A program made the position numbers and the translations under genes. This document shows positions 26,708 to 33,812 of a DNA stretch of 64,000 nt, piece after piece (the first letter of the stretch is position 1; each line of letters opens with the position of its first letter). Source of the DNA: Myxococcota bacterium (GTDB taxonomy: Bacteria > Myxococcota_A > Polyangia > DASYRF01); assembly GCA_036004705.1 (NCBI GenBank), contig DASYRF010000092.1, positions 12,374 through 76,373 of the forward strand, given 5' to 3'. The notes beneath the pieces are model-generated. The model had not been told where the DNA came from. It searched no databases and was given only the letters and a program-made list of their open reading frames with translations.

Positions 26708-28038
26708 ACGGCGTCGGAGAGGCTGGCGAAGTGGAAGCCGGACACGCGCAGCCCCGGCACCACCATGGCCGAGCCACCCCACCCCGACGACGTGCGCACG
26801 GCCTCGCTCATCGCCTCTACCTTCGAAAGCACGTCGATGGGCGAGTCGTTGAAGCGGAAGTTCTTCACGGGACGGACGACCTTGCCCTTCTCGATCCAGA
26901 ACGTGCCGTCGCGCGTGAGCCCCGTGATGATGAGCTTGCGCGGGTTGAGGTGCCGCACGTACCAGAAGCGCGTGACGAGCACGGCCTTGTCGGCGCCGGC
27001 CACCAGGTCGGCCACGCTGCCCTTGCCGCCCTCCATCAGCACGCCGCTCGGATAGCCGGTCGGCGCCACGCCTTTCTTCGCCGCCCAGTAGCGCCCCACG
27101 TGCAGCTGACGCAGCACGCCGGCCTCGATCCACTTGTAGGGCTTGAGCGGGAGCCCGTCGCCGTCGAACGGCTCGGAGCGCTGCGCCGGGTCCGCCGGAT
27201 CGCTGCGGACGGTCACCGCGTCGGAGAAGACCTTCTCGCCGACGCGCGTGGCCTCCTTGCCCTTGGCGAAGGGCGAGCGGCCTTCCTCGGCCTCGCGCTG
27301 CCCCAGCGCGCCCATCAGGACCTCGACGAGCGTGGCCACCGCCTCGGGCTCGAGGATGACCGGGTAGGTGCCGGGGTCCAGCGCGCGGGGCGCGGCGGAG
27401 GTCCGCCCTTTTTCTAGCGCCGTCGCCGTGAGCTTGCCGATGTCGAGCGCGCGCGCGTCGCGGTGGCTCGCCCCCGCCCATCCCGAGCCGGTGCCGTCGG
27501 TCGTGCGCGTCGTCGTCGTGTAGCCGGAGTCGGTGGCACGGTGGAACGCGAAGCACCCCTTCGACGTGAGAAGCGCCTCCGCCGACTCGTCCACCTCCAG
27601 GAAACCCGCGCCCACCAGCCCCGCGCCCTTCACCGCGCCGATGGCCTCGGCGACGGGCCTGGCGCGCGCCGCCGCGCCGAACGCCGCCGTCTCCTTGACG
27701 TGCGCCCCGTCGACTTTCGCGTAGGTCTGCGGGCCGAGCACGCCCACCCATTCGGGGTCGTCGGGCATCAGCCGCGCCGCCGCTTCGGAGCGGCGTACGC
27801 ACGCGGCGATGGACGCCGCGTCAAGCCGGTTCGTCGTGGCGCTGGCGTGGCGCTTCCCGAAGGCGCTCTCGACGGTGAGGCTCACCGTCTCCGCGTCGCC
27901 CGCCGTGGTCACCTCGTTCACCGCCCAGCGCACCTGCCCGCGCACACCGCCGTACAGGTGCGCCACTGCCTCGTCGGCGCGCGAGGCCTTGATGGCCATC
28001 GTCAGGATCTTCCGGGCGTCGGCCGCGTTGGAGATCAT
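26704..28038 (-). CDS. pmbA: PmbA/TldE-family metalloprotease subunit (no signal peptide)
   Basis: Length and blocks are typical of PmbA (VESAFGKRHASATTN, GSGWAGA, VLVTRFWYVR, GLTRDGTFWIEKG). It lies 1 nt after the tldD stop. Confidence 0.85.
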   Translation of the reverse strand: MISNAADARKILTMAIKASRADEAVAHLYGGVRGQVRWAVNEVTTAGDAETVSLTVESAFGKRHASATTNRLDAASIAACVRRSEAAARLMPDDPEWVGVLGPQTYAKVDGAHVKETAAFGAAARARPVAEAIGAVKGAGLVGAGFLEVDESAEALLTSKGCFAFHRATDSGYTTTTRTTDGTGSGWAGASHRDARALDIGKLTATALEKGRTSAAPRALDPGTYPVILEPEAVATLVEVLMGALGQREAEEGRSPFAKGKEATRVGEKVFSDAVTVRSDPADPAQRSEPFDGDGLPLKPYKWIEAGVLRQLHVGRYWAAKKGVAPTGYPSGVLMEGGKGSVADLVAGADKAVLVTRFWYVRHLNPRKLIITGLTRDGTFWIEKGKVVRPVKNFRFNDSPIDVLSKVEAMSEAVRTSSGWGGSAMVVPGLRVSGFHFASLSDAV

Positions 28039-28039
28039 G

Positions 28040-29665
28040 TCAGGCCCCTCCGCCGGCGTTCAGGACGTTGACCTTGCGGAAGCGCGACGGCGCGCAGCCG
28101 TGCGACACCGCGTTCACCTGCCCCGGCTCCCCCTTGCCGTCGTAGTAGGTGCCGCCCATCCACCAGGAGCGCTCGTCGCAGACGGCGTCGCACGAGCTCC
28201 AGAACTCCACGGTGTTCGACTGGTAGGCCACGTGCCGCAGCGGCCGGCCCAGCTTGCCCTTCTTGATCTCGTAGAACATCTGCCCGCCGAACTGGAAGTT
28301 GTAGCGCTGGTGGTCGATGGAGTAGCTGCCGTCGCCCACGATGTAAACGCCGTCCTTGGTGTCGGCGATGAGCTCGTCCACCGTCAGGCGCTTCTCGCCC
28401 GGCGTGAGGGAGACGTTGGGCATGCGCTGGAAAGGGACGCTGGACCACGAGTCGGCGTAGGCGCAGCCGCGCGAGGCCTTCTCGCCGATCCAGGCGGCCT
28501 GCTCGCGGGTCGTCTGATAGCCGACGAACATCCCCTTGCGCACGAGGTCCCAGCGCGACGTGGCCACGCCGTCGTCGTCGAAGCCGCAGGTGGCCAACCC
28601 GCCGGGCGTGGTGCGGTCCGCGTAGATCGTCACGCCGTCGGCGGCGAACTTCAGCCGCCCCAGCTTGTCGACCGTGCAGAACGACGTGCCGGCGAAGTTC
28701 GCCTCGTAGCCGAGCGCGCGGTCCAGCTCGGTGGGATGACCGACCGATTCGTGGATCGTCAGCCACAGGTGGGTCGGGTGCAGCACCAGGTCGAGCTTGC
28801 CCACGGGCCCCTCGGCGGCAGCGAGCTTCTTGACCGCGTCCTCGGCGATGCGCGGGGCGTCGGCGACGAGGTCGAGCCCGGTGACGTACTCCCAGCCCGC
28901 CTGGCGCGGGGCGGCGTCGTGGGCGCGCGACTCGTAGTCGCCGCTGTCGGAGACCGCCGTCACGTCCAGCCCCGGCCAGCAGCGGATGAGGTCCTGCTCG
29001 ATGACCGACCCCTCCGACGAGACGTACAGCTTCCACTCGTTGACGAAGTGCAAGTAGGAGTTGCAGTACTTGGCGCCCTTCACCGCCAGCGCCGCCTTGT
29101 TGATGTCGAGCAGCAGCGCCGCCTTGTGCTCGAGCGGGATCTTGAAGGGGTCTTTGACGAGCGGCGTGCGCCAGGTGTCGCGGTGCATCGGCTCGGGCGC
29201 CAGCTCCACGGCGCGCCCGCGCGCGGCGCCGTCGGCCTTCGCCACCGTCGCGGCCTGCTTCGCCACGCGGTCCGCCGCCGCCGTGCTCACTTCGTACGAA
29301 GCCGCGAAGCCCCAGGTGCCCTCGACGATGACGCGCACGCCGAGCCCGAAGCTCTCGCTGTCGGACAGCCCGGTGATGTGGTCCTCGCGCGCCGACATCT
29401 GCTGGTTGCGCAGGCGTACCAGGCGCACGTCGGCGAAGGACGCGCCGGCCGTCTTGGCGGCGGCGAGCGCGGCGTCGGCCACCGCCATGAGCCCGTCGGT
29501 GTCGGCCGGCGCCACCATGTCGTGCGAGAGCACCTTGGGCGCCACGGCGGCGGCCGACAACGCCACCCGCGCGCCGTGCGCGTCCCGCATCCCCATACCG
29601 CCGACGGCGAGCCCGACCGCGCCCGCCCCCGTTCCCGCCAGGAACTTCCTCCGGCTGAGCTTCAT
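28040..29665 (-). CDS. tldD: TldD-family metalloprotease with twin-arginine signal peptide
   Basis: The signal is MKLSRRKFLAGTGAGAVGLAV. HESVGHPTELDR is the HExxxH zinc site, and a GxC motif is present near the C-terminus. Confidence 0.9.
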   Translation of the reverse strand: MKLSRRKFLAGTGAGAVGLAVGGMGMRDAHGARVALSAAAVAPKVLSHDMVAPADTDGLMAVADAALAAAKTAGASFADVRLVRLRNQQMSAREDHITGLSDSESFGLGVRVIVEGTWGFAASYEVSTAAADRVAKQAATVAKADGAARGRAVELAPEPMHRDTWRTPLVKDPFKIPLEHKAALLLDINKAALAVKGAKYCNSYLHFVNEWKLYVSSEGSVIEQDLIRCWPGLDVTAVSDSGDYESRAHDAAPRQAGWEYVTGLDLVADAPRIAEDAVKKLAAAEGPVGKLDLVLHPTHLWLTIHESVGHPTELDRALGYEANFAGTSFCTVDKLGRLKFAADGVTIYADRTTPGGLATCGFDDDGVATSRWDLVRKGMFVGYQTTREQAAWIGEKASRGCAYADSWSSVPFQRMPNVSLTPGEKRLTVDELIADTKDGVYIVGDGSYSIDHQRYNFQFGGQMFYEIKKGKLGRPLRHVAYQSNTVEFWSSCDAVCDERSWWMGGTYYDGKGEPGQVNAVSHGCAPSRFRKVNVLNAGGGA

Positions 29666-29684
29666 GCGTCTCCCCTTCTCGGTA

Positions 29685-29779
29685 CCGGTCCCAAGACCCT
29701 CGTCCGCTCAGGCTGGCAAACCCAGCCTTCGCTCACTCGGGGCTCTGCCCCGCGCCCCGCCGCCGGAGTCTTGGACCGG
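29685..29779 (-). other. Structured intergenic element (nested inverted repeats) between the SCP2 operon and tldD
   Basis: The outer arms are CCGGTCCCAAGAC (29685-29697) and GTCTTGGACCGG (29768-29779). Inner hairpins are AGGCTGG-caaac-CCAGCCT (29710-29728) and GGGGC-tct-GCCCC (29739-29751). Confidence 0.4.
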
Positions 29780-29783
29780 TCTT

Positions 29784-30452
29784 TCAACCCATCATCAAGG
29801 AGCCGAGCTGCATCGCCAGGCCCATGTTGCCGGCGATCTTCACCTTGCCGGCCATGAACGCCGCCGGCGGAGCGAGCTTCCCCTCCGCCATCAGCTTCGA
29901 GTCCGCGTGGCCAACGCTGATGGTGCAGTCCGCCTTGTCGGGCGGGTCGGGGGGCTCGCCCGGCCCCAGCACCAAGGTCAGGCTCCACGTCCGCTCCGGA
30001 TCGCCGTCGACGCTCGTCACCACGAACCGCAGCGTCCCCGCCAGCGTCCTGAGCCGCTCGATGCGCGGGCCCGTCAGGAAGCGCATCAGCCCCGCCGCCG
30101 GGCCGGGACCGCCCGGCTGCGCCTTGTCTTCGCGGTCGGCGCCGCCGAAGCCGAGCGACACCGCGCCCTCCTGCGCCGCCTTGAAGTCGGCGGCGCTCTG
30201 CACCAGCGACATCAGCCGCGCCTCGCTCTGCGCCGTCGCCTCCACGCGCAGCTGCCCGGCGGCGAGACGCAGAGTCCAGTCGCCGCCGCCCTCGCCCCGC
30301 AGCACGATGCGCACGACCGCCTCGGCGGCCATCACGCCGGCCAGCCGTGCCTCCAGCTTGCGCACGCGCGCTTCCAGGTCGCGCACGCCCTGCGCGTACT
30401 TCGCCGGCAGCTCCGTCTCGAAGAAGGCCTTCGCTTCTACGACCGCGGCCAT
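29784..30452 (-). CDS. SCP2 sterol/lipid-carrier domain protein
   Basis: The true start is MAAVVEAKAFF at 30452. The C-terminus LMAEGKLAPPAAFMAGKVKIAGNMGLAMQL is the SCP2 signature. Confidence 0.75.
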   Translation of the reverse strand: MAAVVEAKAFFETELPAKYAQGVRDLEARVRKLEARLAGVMAAEAVVRIVLRGEGGGDWTLRLAAGQLRVEATAQSEARLMSLVQSAADFKAAQEGAVSLGFGGADREDKAQPGGPGPAAGLMRFLTGPRIERLRTLAGTLRFVVTSVDGDPERTWSLTLVLGPGEPPDPPDKADCTISVGHADSKLMAEGKLAPPAAFMAGKVKIAGNMGLAMQLGSLMMG

Positions 30453-30454
30453 GT

Positions 30455-31039
30455 TCAGGTCCTTTCCGGCTCCCACAGCGGCTCCGGCTCGCCGGTCGCG
30501 CGCGCCGCCTCCCGCGAGAAGACGAACAGCGCGTCGGAGAGCCGGTTCAGATAAGGGACGACATGCAGGCCCAGCACCTCTTCGCGGCCGAGCTGCACGA
30601 CGACGCGCTCGGCCCGGCGGCAAATCGTGCGCGCCAGGTGGAGCGACGCGCCCACCGGGCCGCCGCCCGGCAGCACGAAGCTCGCCAGCTCCGGCAGCGC
30701 TTCGTTGAGCGCGTCCATCTCGTGCTCCAGTGCCTCGATGTGGTGCGGCTCGATCACGGGCTGCCCCTTGTAGCGGTCCTCCACGAGGGTGGCGAGGTCG
30801 CTTCCCAGGTTGAAGAGCTCCTGCTGGATGCGCTGCAGCGACGCGTCCATGCCGTGGAGGGTGGCCCCCAGCGGGTGGCGGGCGATCTCCATGCGCACCA
30901 GCCCCACCGCGGCGTTCAGCTCGTCGACCGTACCGTACGCGTCGATGCGCGGCGAGTCCTTGGCGATCTCGCGCCCGCCCACCAGGCGCGTCGCCCCGGC
31001 GTCGCCGGTGCGCGTGTAGATGCGCGTGAGTCGCACCAT
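30455..31039 (-). CDS. PduO-type ATP:cob(I)alamin adenosyltransferase
   Basis: MVRLTRIYTRTGDAGATRL, DAYGTVDELNA, FVLPGG and HLARTICRRAER are present. The true start is at 31039. Confidence 0.9.
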   Translation of the reverse strand: MVRLTRIYTRTGDAGATRLVGGREIAKDSPRIDAYGTVDELNAAVGLVRMEIARHPLGATLHGMDASLQRIQQELFNLGSDLATLVEDRYKGQPVIEPHHIEALEHEMDALNEALPELASFVLPGGGPVGASLHLARTICRRAERVVVQLGREEVLGLHVVPYLNRLSDALFVFSREAARATGEPEPLWEPERT

Positions 31040-31047
31040 CGTCCCGC

Positions 31048-31836
31048 TCAACCCTTGGCTGCGACGCCGCGCGCGCGCAGCCCTTCCAGCACCTTCGCCA
31101 GGCGCGCCTGCGCTTCGGGCGCGATCCAGTGATCGACGAAGCCGTCGTGCCCGTCGGCGTCCGCCGCGGCCATGCGCTCGGCGACAGGTCCGCGCAGCAA
31201 CGCCTTCATCGCCGCGTAGGCGGCCGGCGGCTTCGCTCCCAGCGCGCGCGCCTCCGCCCGCGCCTGCGCCACCACCGCGTCGGCGCCGTCGCACAGCTCG
31301 TCCACCAGCCCCGCCGCCAGGGCTTCGTCTGCCTCGTACAGGCGTCCCGTCAACGCTGCGCGAAACGCCCCCGTCTGCCCCAGCAGGTACTCCATCATGA
31401 CCACGCACCCCGCCGGCAGCGGGACGCCCAGATCGATCTCGTTCACGCCGAACCGCGCTCCACCGCGCACCGCCACGCGCACGTCCGCGGTGGCGGCCAG
31501 CAGCATGCCGCCGGCGATGGCGTGCCCGTTGAGCGCCGCCACGACCGGCTTGGGGAAAGCGAAGAGCGCCGTGTACAGCGCGGCGAACTCGTCGAGGAAA
31601 CCCAAGAGCTCGTCGCGTGCCATGGAAACGAGCTGGGTCAGGTCGAACCCGGCGCAGAAGATCCGCCCGGCGCCGCCGGTCAGCACCAGCGCGCGCACGG
31701 CCGGATCCTCGCCTGCGCCGGCGAGCGCATCGAGCAGCTCCTCCACCATGGGCGCGTCGATCGCATTCGCGGCGCCGTGCCGGAGCGTCAGCGTCAACAC
31801 GCCGTCGGCGTCCGCGGTTCCGAGCCGTTCCGTCAT
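31048..31836 (-). CDS. Enoyl-CoA hydratase/isomerase (crotonase) family protein
   Basis: VRALVLTGGAGRIFCAGFDL, ALNGHAIAGGMLLA and GVNEIDLGV are present. Confidence 0.9.
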   Translation of the reverse strand: MTERLGTADADGVLTLTLRHGAANAIDAPMVEELLDALAGAGEDPAVRALVLTGGAGRIFCAGFDLTQLVSMARDELLGFLDEFAALYTALFAFPKPVVAALNGHAIAGGMLLAATADVRVAVRGGARFGVNEIDLGVPLPAGCVVMMEYLLGQTGAFRAALTGRLYEADEALAAGLVDELCDGADAVVAQARAEARALGAKPPAAYAAMKALLRGPVAERMAAADADGHDGFVDHWIAPEAQARLAKVLEGLRARGVAAKG

Positions 31837-31844
31837 GGCGCGCG

Positions 31845-31850
31845 AGTATA
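31845..31850 (-). promoter_or_regulatory. Candidate -10 box (TATACT) for a leaderless crotonase-operon transcript
   Basis: On the minus strand, TATACT is followed by 8 nt and then ATG 31836, with no SD. No convincing -35. Confidence 0.35.
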
Positions 31851-31938
31851 GTCGAAGGAAAGGCGCCGCGCCTGCCGGAGCGGAGCGCCCGGCGCGCCCG
31901 GCTCGTTTCGCCTGCCGCCGGCCGTTCTCACCGCCCCG

Positions 31939-32688
31939 CTACGGCTCCGCCAGCAGGTAGCGCGCCACCATTGTCGAGACCTCGTCGGCGAAGAGGTCCA
32001 CCTCCGACGGCGCGCGTCGCTGCCAGAGGAGGTGCTGGCAGCACGCCTCCACGGAGTGATACACGACGAACGCCGCGACCTGCGGGTCCGTCACGCGCAC
32101 GCTCGCGCCGCGCATCTGCCCCAGCCCGGTGATGAGCGCGCGCAACACCTCGGTCAGGTGGCCTTCGACCAGCGCCAGGACGCGCGCGATGTCGGGGTCG
32201 GTGCCGGCGCGAAACAGGATCTCGCGCTGCAGCCCCGGCAACTGCTGCACCCAGCCGAACACGTGGTGCACGGCGCCGCGGATGATGGCGCGCGGATCGG
32301 CCTCCTCCCAGCGCCTCACTACGAGGAACTCACTGACCATCGTCCCCTCGATCTGGCGCACGTACTGGTCGAGGATCTCCAGCAAGATGCTGCGCTTGTC
32401 GGGGAAGTAGGCGTACAGCGACCCCACCGCCACCTCGGCGGCCTCGGCGATGTCGGCGGAGGTGGTAGCGTCGAAGCCGCGGCGGTCGAACAGCGCGGCG
32501 GCCGCCTGCAGGATACGCTCGCGTGTCTGCCGGCTGCGCTCTTGCTGGGGGACGCGCGCCTTGGGGCCGGCTTTGGCGCCCTTGGCGCCCTTGGCGCCGC
32601 CCTTGCCGCCCGCCCCACGCTGCTGCTTGGCCACGACTGACCCCTTCCGCCGCCGCCCCGCCGAAACGAACGAGGGGGGGGTTGACAA
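31939..32688 (-). CDS. TetR family transcriptional regulator with Lys/Gly-rich N-terminal tail
   Basis: The HTH is RERILQAAAALFDRRGFDATTSADIAEAAEVAVGSLYAYFPDKRSIL. The start is uncertain (TTG 32688 or GTG 32634). Confidence 0.85.
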   Translation of the reverse strand: MSTPPSFVSAGRRRKGSVVAKQQRGAGGKGGAKGAKGAKAGPKARVPQQERSRQTRERILQAAAALFDRRGFDATTSADIAEAAEVAVGSLYAYFPDKRSILLEILDQYVRQIEGTMVSEFLVVRRWEEADPRAIIRGAVHHVFGWVQQLPGLQREILFRAGTDPDIARVLALVEGHLTEVLRALITGLGQMRGASVRVTDPQVAAFVVYHSVEACCQHLLWQRRAPSEVDLFADEVSTMVARYLLAEP

Positions 32689-32716
32689 AATGAATCTGGG
32701 TTCACATTCTATGTCA
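32683..32716. promoter_or_regulatory. Divergent promoter/operator region between tetR and the di-iron protein gene
   Basis: A perfect TTGACA sits at 32682-32687. An imperfect palindrome TGACAaaaTGAA...TTCAcattctaTGTCA spans 32683-32716. The downstream gene has a GGAGG SD at 32741-32745. Confidence 0.35.
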
Positions 32717-32756
32717 TCGGCTCAGACGCCGGAACTCTACACCGGAGGCACTGCCC

Positions 32757-33809
32757 ATGACGCCCGATCCCACGCTCGAGGTTCTCAGGACGGCGCACGA
32801 CCTCACTTACACCTGGAGCTACGCCTCGTCGGAAAAGGACCTCAAGCGCTTGTACGAGATGGCGAAGCGCGACCAATGGAACGGCGCGGACCTCGCCTGG
32901 GACGCGGACGTCGATCCGGAGAAGGAGTACGTCCCCGACGCCTACATCGGCATCTGGGGCAGCGACATCTGGGACAAGCTGACGCCCCGCGAGGTGCGCA
33001 GGGTGCGCGTGGAGATGACCTCCTGGATGCTCTCGCAGTTCATGCACGGCGAGCAGGGGGCGCTCATGTCGACGGCCCAGCTCGTCACCGCCGTGCCCGC
33101 CGTCGACGCCAAGTTCTACGGCGCGACACAAGTCATGGACGAGGCGCGCCACCTGGAGGTGTTTCACCGCTACCTCACCACGAAGGTGCGCAAGGTCTAC
33201 GCCCCCAACGTCCACCTTCGCAAGATGCTCGACGCCATCCTGACCGACTCGCGCTGGGACATGAAATACCTGGGCATGCAGGTCATCCTGGAGGGGCTGG
33301 CGCTGGCCGCGTTCGGGCTGATCCGCGACACCACCTCCGAGCCGCTGCTACGCGAGCTGCTCGTGCGCGTGATGCGCGACGAGAGCCGCCACGTGGCGTT
33401 CGGCGTCCTGTCGCTGCGCGACTTCTACGAGGCCATGCCGGAGCGCGAGCGCCGCGAGCGCGAGGACTTCATCTACGAGGCGTCCGTGATGATGCGCAAC
33501 CGGTTCCTGGCCGAGGAGGTGTGGCTGGAGATGGGCCTGCCGCTGGCGCGCTGCGTGGAGCTGGTGGAGAACGCGGAGGCGACCAAGGCGTACCGGCAGC
33601 TGCTGTTCAGCCGCATGGTCCCCAACCTCAAGCAGCTCGGCCTGTTGAGCGACCGCCTGCGCGGCCGTTTCGCCGAGCTGGACATCCTGCAATTCGAGGA
33701 CTTCGCGCCCGCCGAGGACATGCCCAGCTTCGAGCCCGACCCGACGGGGACCGGCGCGCCGCAACCCGGCGCCGCCGCCGCGAGCGCCAACGCCGCGGCG
33801 ACTTCCTGA
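32757..33809 (+). CDS. Ferritin-like di-iron carboxylate protein (AurF/R2-like oxidase superfamily)
   Basis: Two E...(D/E)ExxH pairs are present: HGEQGA...MDEARHLE and ILEGLA...RDESRHVA. The composition is all-helical. Confidence 0.7.
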   Translation: MTPDPTLEVLRTAHDLTYTWSYASSEKDLKRLYEMAKRDQWNGADLAWDADVDPEKEYVPDAYIGIWGSDIWDKLTPREVRRVRVEMTSWMLSQFMHGEQGALMSTAQLVTAVPAVDAKFYGATQVMDEARHLEVFHRYLTTKVRKVYAPNVHLRKMLDAILTDSRWDMKYLGMQVILEGLALAAFGLIRDTTSEPLLRELLVRVMRDESRHVAFGVLSLRDFYEAMPERERREREDFIYEASVMMRNRFLAEEVWLEMGLPLARCVELVENAEATKAYRQLLFSRMVPNLKQLGLLSDRLRGRFAELDILQFEDFAPAEDMPSFEPDPTGTGAPQPGAAAASANAAATS

Positions 33810-33812
33810 CGC

